This document shows, in pieces, positions 56,353-64,000 of a stretch of 64,000 bases of DNA. The stretch comes from Nitrososphaerota archaeon. Lineage in GTDB: Archaea > Thermoproteota > Nitrososphaeria > Nitrososphaerales > Nitrosopumilaceae. The DNA lies in NCBI GenBank assembly GCA_028867755.1, contig JAGWFT010000002.1, positions 64,001-128,000 on the forward strand. The letters run 5' to 3'. The notes under the pieces are model-generated. The model was not told the origin of the DNA, searched no databases, and saw nothing but the letters and a program-made list of their open reading frames with translations. The translations under genes and the position numbers were made by a program. The number at the start of each line of letters is the position of its first letter. Position 1 is the stretch's first letter.

Positions 56353-57321
56353 ATGATTCCACTTTCTGGTGATCTTGGTAACGCAAAAGGAATCGTTCGG
56401 GAGACACTAGGATCATTTGAAACGCGTAGAGGTACTTCTACTCTTAAACGTGGTTTTGCTCATATGCTAAAAAATGGTGTTGTGATGGATGTCACAACAG
56501 TAGAACAAGCTCAGATAGCAGAGGATGCAGGAGCTGTTGCAGTAATGGTCTTGGATAAACTTCCAGCTGATGTAAGAAAAGCTGGTGGTGTAGCTAGGAC
56601 AGCTAGTATTAGAGTCATTGAAGAGATAATGGACTCTGTAACAATCCCTGTCATGGCAAAATGCAGGATTGGGCATGTCTACGAGGCCAGAGTTTTAGGA
56701 GAAACAGATGTTGATATGATTGACGAGTCAGAAGTACTTACACCAGCAGATGAATTTCATCATATATGGAAATGGGATTTTACAACTCCATTTGTTAACG
56801 GTGCAAGAAATTTGGGCGAAGCACTAAGAAGAATTGAGGAAGGTGCAGCAATGATTAGAACAAAAGGCGAACCTGGGACTGGTAATGTGGCAGAAGCTGT
56901 AATTCACATAAAAAATGTCAATACTGAATTAAGACGAATCAAATCAATTTACGATGCTGGGGACGAACAAGATCTAGTCAGCGTTGCAAGAGATCTCAAA
57001 GTGTCATATTCACTTGTAGAAGAAACTGCAAGCCTTGGCAGACTGCCTGTTGTGAACTTTGCTGCAGGTGGAATATCAACTCCTGCAGATGCTGCATATC
57101 TGATGACTCTGGGATGCGATGGAGTCTTTGTCGGTTCTGGAATCTTCAAGTCTGATGATGCAAAGGAAAGAGCACAAGCTGTTGTTCTTGCTACAACATT
57201 CTGGGAAGATCCTGACAAAGTAAAGGAAGCTCAAAAGATGGTAGATGAGCGACAATCCATGTTGGGACTTGATACAAAGAATCTGGAACTTAGGATGCAG
57301 GAAAGAGGAAGCACAGCATGA
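56353..57321 (+). CDS. pdxS: Pyridoxal 5'-phosphate synthase lyase subunit
   Basis: [28 protein letters not shown] and [16 protein letters not shown]. Confidence 0.97.
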   Translation: MIPLSGDLGNAKGIVRETLGSFETRRGTSTLKRGFAHMLKNGVVMDVTTVEQAQIAEDAGAVAVMVLDKLPADVRKAGGVARTASIRVIEEIMDSVTIPVMAKCRIGHVYEARVLGETDVDMIDESEVLTPADEFHHIWKWDFTTPFVNGARNLGEALRRIEEGAAMIRTKGEPGTGNVAEAVIHIKNVNTELRRIKSIYDAGDEQDLVSVARDLKVSYSLVEETASLGRLPVVNFAAGGISTPADAAYLMTLGCDGVFVGSGIFKSDDAKERAQAVVLATTFWEDPDKVKEAQKMVDERQSMLGLDTKNLELRMQERGSTA

Positions 57322-57935
57322 CCGGTGTAAACATTGGTATCCTTGCTGTTCAGGGAGATGTTGCAGAAAACTTGTCTGCTACAAGAATGGCGATGGATGA
57401 TCTTGGCGTTGAAGGAGTTGTAAGCGAAGTAAAAAATCCAGAACAAATCTCAGACCTTGACGGGCTTATCATTCCTGGCGGGGAGAGCACTGTAATTGGA
57501 ACACTTTCGTTGATTAATGGCTCCTTGAAAAAAATAAAAGAAAAGATTGCCTCTGGAATGCCTGTGCTGGGCACATGTGCTGGAATGATTCTCTTATCCA
57601 AGAAGGCAAAGGACAGAATTGTAGGAAACATGGAACAGCCCCTGCTTGATTATCTTGACATCACGATAGAACGAAATACGTTTGGAAGACAAAAGGACTC
57701 GTTTGAGGCAGACATACAGCTTGAGAAGATCGGGGTACATAAATTTCGTGGTATATTCATAAGAGCGCCATCAGTCATAGAGGCAGGCAAGAATGTAGAA
57801 GTGCTCTCAAAATTTAATGAAAAAATAATTGCAGTAAAACAAGGAAATATCATCGGTACCTCATTTCATCCAGAACTTACAGAAGACCTATCGCTACACA
57901 AGTATTTTGTTAGTCTGGTACAAAAGAAAAACTAG
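57318..57935 (+). CDS. pdxT: PLP synthase glutaminase subunit
   Basis: ILAVQGD, PGGEST, GTCAG and FHPE. Confidence 0.97.
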   Translation: MTGVNIGILAVQGDVAENLSATRMAMDDLGVEGVVSEVKNPEQISDLDGLIIPGGESTVIGTLSLINGSLKKIKEKIASGMPVLGTCAGMILLSKKAKDRIVGNMEQPLLDYLDITIERNTFGRQKDSFEADIQLEKIGVHKFRGIFIRAPSVIEAGKNVEVLSKFNEKIIAVKQGNIIGTSFHPELTEDLSLHKYFVSLVQKKN

Positions 57936-58004
57936 ATCTTTTTCAATTTAGCCTGTACTAGGGACAATTTATATTAAATTCAGACAATTAACAAGGTGTT
58001 TATC

Positions 58005-60287
58005 ATGAATATAGAGACAACTCCTGATCTTGTTTCCGGAGTCTACAAAAAACTAGAGGAAAATGTTTCAAAATATAAAAACATGGTAAACAGATCCTTA
58101 ACGCTAACAGAAAAGATTCTTGCTGGTCACCTGGAAGAGATCGAGTCTGCCAAGAATCTAGAACCTGGAAAATCCTACATCTTTCTCAAACCAGATCGTG
58201 TGGCACTGCAGGATGTTACTGGCCAGATGGTAATATTACAATTCATGCAATCAGGATTAAAAAGAGTTGCACTTCCAAGTACGGTGCACTGTGATCACCT
58301 CATCCAGGCAAGAGTGGGAAGCGAGGAAGATACTAGATTGGCTCTTGACGAAAATAGTGAGGTATACAAATTTCTTGAATCTGCATCACGAAAATTTGGT
58401 TTGGGATTTTGGAGACCAGGTGCGGGAATAATACATCAAGTAGTTTTAGAAAATTATGCATTTCCAGGTGGGCTGATGATAGGAACTGACTCTCACACTC
58501 CTAACGCAGGAGGACTTGGAATGATAGCAGTGGGAGTTGGAGGACTGGACGCAGCTGAAGTGATGGCTGGATTTCCATGGGAAGTTTTGTATCCAAAAAG
58601 AATTGGCGTTAATCTAAAAGGTGAACTCAATGGCTGGACTGCTCCTAAAGACATTATACTATACGTTGCATCAAAGCTTACTGTATCAGGCGGAACAAAT
58701 GCTATCATAGAATACTTTGGACCTGGTGCCAGGACCATAAGTTGTACAGGAAAAGCAACAATAACTAACATGGGTGCTGAGATTGGGGCTACATGCTCAT
58801 TGTTTCCATATGATGAAAAAATGGCAGCGTATCTTAGAGCAACAGGCCGAGAAAAAATTGCTGATATTGCAAATACTCACAAGGACTTGCTTTGTGCAGA
58901 TCCTGATGTTGAGCAGAACCCTGAGAAATATTTTGATAGAGTAATCGAGATTGACCTCTCAAAACTTGAGCCATATATCGTGGGTCCACATACACCAGAC
59001 CTTGCAAGACCAATCTCGCAACTTGCAGACGATGTCAAGAAAAATAACTATCTTGATACTATATCTGTTGCATTAATTGGAAGTTGTACTAATTCCTCTT
59101 ACGAAGACATGACAAGGGCGGCAAATGTTGCAGAACAAGCAAAGGCAAAAGGGATGAAGGTAAAGATACCTCTCTTGGTTACTCCTGGCTCTGAACAGAT
59201 ACGTGCTACAATAGAAAGAGATGGGCAGATGGCAACCCTGATAGAAGTTGGAGCAACTGTATTGGCAAATGCATGCGGGCCTTGTATTGGACAATGGCAA
59301 AGACCAGAACTAAAGGCAGGCGAACCTAACACTATCATCACATCCTTTAACAGGAATTTTCCGGGAAGAAACGATGGTAGAAGGGAGACGATGAACTTTA
59401 TTGGAAGCCCAGAAATGATTGTGGCCCTTGCTTTGGGAGGGCGGTTGTCATTTAATCCAATGAAAGACCAAGTTACCACACCAGATGGCAAAAAATTCAT
59501 GCTAGAGTCTCCAAAAAAAGCCTTGGAAATTCCGCCGCAAGGATTCCAAAGTGTAAAGGATGTCTATGTTCCACCTTCGGAAATTCCAGATCTTGTTGCA
59601 GTGGTAATTCCTGGAAATAGTGACAGACTGCAAAAGCTTGAACCATTTGCAAAATGGGACAGTAAAGACTTTATCGAATTACCAATTTTATTGAAAGCAA
59701 AAGGAAAATGTACAACAGATCACATATCTCCAGCCGGTCCATGGCTGAGATTTCGGGGTCATCTTGATAAAATCAGTGATAATATTTTCTTGGGTGCAGT
59801 CAATGCTTACACCAATGAAGTAGGAAAAGGAAAGAATGTTCTCACTGGCACTATTGATGCTTTTCCAGCCATTGCAAGACAGTACAAGAGCAAGGGACTA
59901 CGATGGATTGTAATTGGAGATAATAACTATGGTGAAGGCAGCAGCAGGGAACATGCAGCCATGTCTCCGAGATATCTAGGATGTGCTTCTGTAATAGCAA
60001 AAAGTTTTGCAAGAATTCATGAAACCAATTTGAAAAAACAAGGTGTACTTGCATTAACATTTGCCAATTCTTCTGATTATGACAAGATACAAGAAACTGA
60101 CAGAATAAGCATAGTTGAGATCTCAGATATGAAGCCAGAAAAACAGTTACGCGCTTACATAATTCATGAAGACGGCATAAAAGAGGAGATACTGTTGAAT
60201 CACTCTTACAACAATTTCCAGATAAAATGGTTCCAGGCAGGTTCTGCTCTTAACATATTACGCGAAAGCGAGAATTTATTACATTAG
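58005..60287 (+). CDS. acnA: Aconitate hydratase (AcnA/mitochondrial type)
   Basis: LQDVTGQ, HCDH, GTDSHTPN, GSCTN, NACGPCIG, TDHISPAG and GSSREHAA. Confidence 0.95.
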   Translation: MNIETTPDLVSGVYKKLEENVSKYKNMVNRSLTLTEKILAGHLEEIESAKNLEPGKSYIFLKPDRVALQDVTGQMVILQFMQSGLKRVALPSTVHCDHLIQARVGSEEDTRLALDENSEVYKFLESASRKFGLGFWRPGAGIIHQVVLENYAFPGGLMIGTDSHTPNAGGLGMIAVGVGGLDAAEVMAGFPWEVLYPKRIGVNLKGELNGWTAPKDIILYVASKLTVSGGTNAIIEYFGPGARTISCTGKATITNMGAEIGATCSLFPYDEKMAAYLRATGREKIADIANTHKDLLCADPDVEQNPEKYFDRVIEIDLSKLEPYIVGPHTPDLARPISQLADDVKKNNYLDTISVALIGSCTNSSYEDMTRAANVAEQAKAKGMKVKIPLLVTPGSEQIRATIERDGQMATLIEVGATVLANACGPCIGQWQRPELKAGEPNTIITSFNRNFPGRNDGRRETMNFIGSPEMIVALALGGRLSFNPMKDQVTTPDGKKFMLESPKKALEIPPQGFQSVKDVYVPPSEIPDLVAVVIPGNSDRLQKLEPFAKWDSKDFIELPILLKAKGKCTTDHISPAGPWLRFRGHLDKISDNIFLGAVNAYTNEVGKGKNVLTGTIDAFPAIARQYKSKGLRWIVIGDNNYGEGSSREHAAMSPRYLGCASVIAKSFARIHETNLKKQGVLALTFANSSDYDKIQETDRISIVEISDMKPEKQLRAYIIHEDGIKEEILLNHSYNNFQIKWFQAGSALNILRESENLLH

Positions 60288-60354
60288 AACAAATGGCTTG
60301 TCATAGGCAAAACTCAGCAACTTAAAATGTTTTGATAGTGATATTATACATGTA

Positions 60355-60588
60355 ATGAGCAACAAGTTTGACCCAAACGAGTTGTACAACAGAGTGGTTC
60401 ACTATTACATTGACAAAAAAAAGTATTCTAAAGAAAAGGCAAATCAGATAGCACAAAGAGTCGTTCAAAGGGAAAAAACAAGGCACACGTGTAAAAATGA
60501 AAACTGCGGTCATCTAATGGAAGATCATATCAGAACTAAAGAGACATGTATGGTCTTAGATTGTGATTGCAGACAGTTTGTCAGCTAG
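60355..60588 (+). CDS. Small Cys/His-rich hypothetical protein
   Basis: CKNENCGHLMEDH...CMVLDCDC. Confidence 0.65.
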   Translation: MSNKFDPNELYNRVVHYYIDKKKYSKEKANQIAQRVVQREKTRHTCKNENCGHLMEDHIRTKETCMVLDCDCRQFVS

Positions 60589-61579
60589 AAATTTTCAAGA
60601 TTATCTTTCCAAACTGGGAACTTTTTTCCATCTTCTGGTGAGCAGACTTGGCATCTTTGAGAGAAAATATGCTGTCAATTATTGGCTTTATCTTCCTTGA
60701 TTTCATGAATTTGTGTAATGAGATTAACTGAGACTTTGTGCCAAGATATGCACCAATTATGCTTGCTTCCTTGCTGTAAAAAGCTCTGATGTTTACGTTA
60801 GCTTCTCCTCCAGTGGTGGTGCCACAAGCAACCATCCTTCCACCAACCTTTAGCATCTCGATACTTATTGGCCATGTCTTTGCTCCAACATGATCAATTA
60901 CAGCATCCACGCCTTGGTTGTTGGTATGCTTGAGGGTCTCAGTTATGACATCTTTTCTACTTCTATCTATGACAAGATGTGCACCAAGTTTTTTTGCAAG
61001 CCTTGATTTGCTTTTATTTGATGCAACAGTTATGACTCTAAGACCCTTTGCTCTTGCAAGCAATATTGCTGCAGAGCCAACACCACTGTTTGCTCCCCAA
61101 ACAAGTATTGTGTCGCCTTTCCTACATCTTGATCTTTCAAGCATATTCCATGCAGTAAGATATGATACATTCAATGCTGATGCTTCTGCATCAGTAAACC
61201 AATCTGGTTTTTTTACAATATTTTTTTGTGGAACTAGAACCATCTCGGCATAACCGCCATGATACTTGCCAAAACCGCCTATGATAGAAAATGATATTCT
61301 TGGTATGTTGCTTTGTATTGCTGGATGCACTACCACCTTTTCACCCTTCTTGAATCTTCCAAACCCTTCTACAAGCGTACCACAAATATCGCAGCCTAGA
61401 ACGTGAGGAAATGATACTTGTTTTCCAGGAAGGCCATTTCTAACCCAGATGTCAAGGTGGTTTACTGCACAATAATCTACTCTAACTATTGCATGGCCCT
61501 TGGTTGGTTGCGGATTGTTAATCTCTTCGTACGACAACACGTCAGGCCCGCCATGTTTTCTAATTACTACTGCCTTCAA
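60581..61579 (-). CDS. MDR-family zinc-binding dehydrogenase/quinone oxidoreductase
   Basis: CAVNHLD, HVLGCDICG, WGANSGVG and GKIIL. Confidence 0.88.
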   Translation of the reverse strand: MKAVVIRKHGGPDVLSYEEINNPQPTKGHAIVRVDYCAVNHLDIWVRNGLPGKQVSFPHVLGCDICGTLVEGFGRFKKGEKVVVHPAIQSNIPRISFSIIGGFGKYHGGYAEMVLVPQKNIVKKPDWFTDAEASALNVSYLTAWNMLERSRCRKGDTILVWGANSGVGSAAILLARAKGLRVITVASNKSKSRLAKKLGAHLVIDRSRKDVITETLKHTNNQGVDAVIDHVGAKTWPISIEMLKVGGRMVACGTTTGGEANVNIRAFYSKEASIIGAYLGTKSQLISLHKFMKSRKIKPIIDSIFSLKDAKSAHQKMEKSSQFGKIILKISS

Positions 61580-61654
61580 TTATACCACATAACAAAAAAT
61601 CACTATTTAAAGAACATAGAATTTTTGAAACTGGCTCTTCACAAAAAGAGTCTG

Positions 61655-63973
61655 TTATGAAGTAAGGTTGTGCATGGCTTGCAAATCCTTTGCAAACTGT
61701 TGCAGTTCGCCAGGAATATTCATTTCAATTGAGTCCTTCAAAGACAAGTTAAGTTCCTTTTTCTTGTTCCATACATTGGAGTTAAACTCTGTAATTGTTT
61801 TTGTGAATCTTGTCCAGTCTTCACGATTTTCTGACTGTGGGAATTTTTCCTTATGGACTGTTTTGTCAGAATATAGAGTCTGCCAAAGGTAGTCTGTGAT
61901 AAATGGTGTTATGGGTGCAAGAAGAAGCAACAATGTGGAAAGAACCTTGTGCAACGTGAAGATTGCTGCATCTCTTTCTTCTTCGCTAAAACTACTGCTA
62001 TATGCGCGACCTTTTACCATCTCGATATAATGTGCAGCAAATAAATTCCATGTAAATTCGCGAATGCTAGTTGATGGGACAAAAAAGTTGTAATCATCAA
62101 ATCCTTTCTTACACTCTGCTACCATCTTATCCAATTCTGATAATATCCAGTTATCTGTTGGAGTGGTCTTGGCAGATTTGATAACTGGAAAGCCTGACAA
62201 GAATCTTGATATGTTCCACAGTTTGCTGAGAAATTTCTTCGTGGTTTCAATTTTTTGCTCAGAGCATCTAAAGTCATAACCGAGATTTATCTCGCTTGCA
62301 CTCCAGAATCGGAATGTGTCTGCACCAAATTTTTGAATCACTGGAAGTGGATCGATAACATTCCCTTTGCTTTTGCTCATCTTTGTACCATGTTCGTCAA
62401 CACCATAACCCATTATCCATGCCTCGTTCCATGGTGTTAATCCAGTAAGCTGCTCACATCTCAAGATTGTATAATAGAGCCAAGTCCTCACAATGTCTTT
62501 TGACTGTGGCCTGATTGTTGTGGGATAGGTTTTCTTGAAGAACTCGTCATCACGACTATACTTTGAGACGTATAGGGGTGAGACGCTTGAATCCATCCAT
62601 GTATCAAACGTTCTTTCCTCTCCTACAAACTCTGTTGCCCCACATTTTGTGCATTTTGAGATGGGGCTTGGATCTGTCCATGGCTTGTAATACTTGCCAG
62701 GTTCAGGCACGTGCGGCTCTGAGCATTTTTTACAGTACCATATTGGAATTTCTGTTCCATAAAATCTTCTTCTTGAGATAGGCCAGTCTATGGTTATGGA
62801 TTCTAGCCAATTCATGAGAATCTGTTTATGCATCGCAGGATGAAATACAATCTTAGATCCTAACTCTTTGATTTTCTCCACAGACTCTTTTTGCTTTAGA
62901 TAATATTCCTCCATTGGGATTATCTCGATTGGGGCCTTGCTTCTCTCAGAAATGGGAGTTCTGTGATTGATGTTTTCTATTTTTTCTACCAAGTTTTGAT
63001 TCTGAAGGTCTTCGATTATCTTTTCTCTTGCTTGTTTTACTTTGAGTCCTGCATATGGCCCTGCAACTTCTGTCATCCTGCCGTTCTTGCCAATAGCTAC
63101 GATCTCTTGCAGTTTAAGTTCCCTGAATAGTGCAACATCATTCTGATCACCATAGCTGCAAACCATTACAGCTCCAGAACCAAATTCTTTTTCTGCTGAA
63201 GGATGGGTTCTTACTTGAACTTCTCTATTTATGACAGGAATTATTGCATTCTTACCTATGACATCAGAATGTCTTTCATCTTCTGGGTTTACAATTATTG
63301 CTTGACATGCACACAAAAGCTCAGGCCTGGTACTAGCTATGGTAAGATTTTTGTCAGAATCTTTTATCTTAAATTTCATGTAAACTAGCTTTGTTGGAAT
63401 TTCTTCGTAGATTATTTCTGCGTCTGCAATAGTGGTTCCGGTAATCCAGTCATAGTTATTTGGTCTATTTGCGATGTACACTAGTCCCTTTTTCCACAAT
63501 TCTATGAATGTGGCCTGTGTAAGGGAGCGATATTGTTCTGAATCAGTTCTGTAATATTCTGAGAAATTACCGCTAAGCCCTAGGTTTTTCATTATCTGAA
63601 TCATCTCTGCCTCAAGGTCATCTAGTGCAGTAGCACACAATTTCAAAAACTCGGCCCTGTCTGTCTCATGCATCCTTATACCGTGTTTTTTCTCTGTGTA
63701 CATCTCCACAGGAAGACCATTTCTGTCAATTCCTATTGGAAAAAGAACATTCTTTCCTGTCATCCTTGCAGTCCTTGCAATCATGTCTATCTGTGCATAG
63801 TGAGCAGCTGCTCCTATGTGCCAAGGTCTTCCAGATGGGTATGGGGGAGGCGTATCAATTACAAAAACTTCGCCTTGTGGTTTGAACTCGTAGGTGTGAG
63901 AATCTTCCCATTGTTTTAAAATCTGTTTTTCAATCTCGGGATTCCATGCTGTTTCCTTTATCTTTGGTTCCAT
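61655..63973 (-). CDS. valS: Valine--tRNA ligase
   Basis: DTPPPYPSGRPWHIG, DWPISRRR, FDTWMDSS and KMSKS. Confidence 0.96.
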   Translation of the reverse strand: MEPKIKETAWNPEIEKQILKQWEDSHTYEFKPQGEVFVIDTPPPYPSGRPWHIGAAAHYAQIDMIARTARMTGKNVLFPIGIDRNGLPVEMYTEKKHGIRMHETDRAEFLKLCATALDDLEAEMIQIMKNLGLSGNFSEYYRTDSEQYRSLTQATFIELWKKGLVYIANRPNNYDWITGTTIADAEIIYEEIPTKLVYMKFKIKDSDKNLTIASTRPELLCACQAIIVNPEDERHSDVIGKNAIIPVINREVQVRTHPSAEKEFGSGAVMVCSYGDQNDVALFRELKLQEIVAIGKNGRMTEVAGPYAGLKVKQAREKIIEDLQNQNLVEKIENINHRTPISERSKAPIEIIPMEEYYLKQKESVEKIKELGSKIVFHPAMHKQILMNWLESITIDWPISRRRFYGTEIPIWYCKKCSEPHVPEPGKYYKPWTDPSPISKCTKCGATEFVGEERTFDTWMDSSVSPLYVSKYSRDDEFFKKTYPTTIRPQSKDIVRTWLYYTILRCEQLTGLTPWNEAWIMGYGVDEHGTKMSKSKGNVIDPLPVIQKFGADTFRFWSASEINLGYDFRCSEQKIETTKKFLSKLWNISRFLSGFPVIKSAKTTPTDNWILSELDKMVAECKKGFDDYNFFVPSTSIREFTWNLFAAHYIEMVKGRAYSSSFSEEERDAAIFTLHKVLSTLLLLLAPITPFITDYLWQTLYSDKTVHKEKFPQSENREDWTRFTKTITEFNSNVWNKKKELNLSLKDSIEMNIPGELQQFAKDLQAMHNLTS

Positions 63974-64000
63974 GTCACTATGATCTTGAGATCTGTGAAA

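Noticed and set aside
3198-63919. The many antisense or alternate-frame ORFs in the track nested inside core genes (e.g. 3198-3587, 7206-7625, 13164-13637, 51197-51673, 59099-59500)
   Set aside because: They are fully contained within well-supported genes and carry no independent motifs.

Overview
Chromosomal window from an ammonia-oxidising archaeon (Nitrososphaerota/Thaumarchaeota). The AmoA sequence and the Amt/PII genes beside the amo cluster suggest a Nitrosotalea-like lineage; this is inference, not a database result. Core content: ABCE1, an unlinked 5S rRNA, a non-oxidative pentose phosphate operon, a MoxR/vWA pair, geranylgeranyl reductase, the rps3ae-serS-pcc1-recJ-rps15 block, amoB/C/X/A plus two AmoY/AmoZ candidates, PII, Amt, five tRNAs (Thr, Leu, Ile, Ala, Trp), coaD, trpS, pheST, pdxST, aconitase and valS. 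The main accessory feature is a 12.1 kb integrative element (37107-49262). It is bounded by a 14-bp direct repeat that is also the bidirectional TATA box of the divergent trpS/pheS genes. It encodes a tyrosine integrase, a wHTH protein, a very divergent tubulin/FtsZ-like protein, a membrane-anchored HerA/VirD4-like ATPase fused to wHTH and PD-(D/E)XK domains, several membrane proteins, a GmrSD-like four-domain defence protein and a RelBE pair. It also carries a roughly 400-nt GC-rich noncoding segment with nested stems and two covarying internal-loop hairpins. Other highlights are a 42-bp promoter/operator shared by amt and a degenerate solo Cas4-like gene, palindromes in the amo promoter regions, a histidine kinase lacking its H-box His, and two tRNAs that each carry two introns. 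All family calls come from motif recognition by eye; no searches were run.
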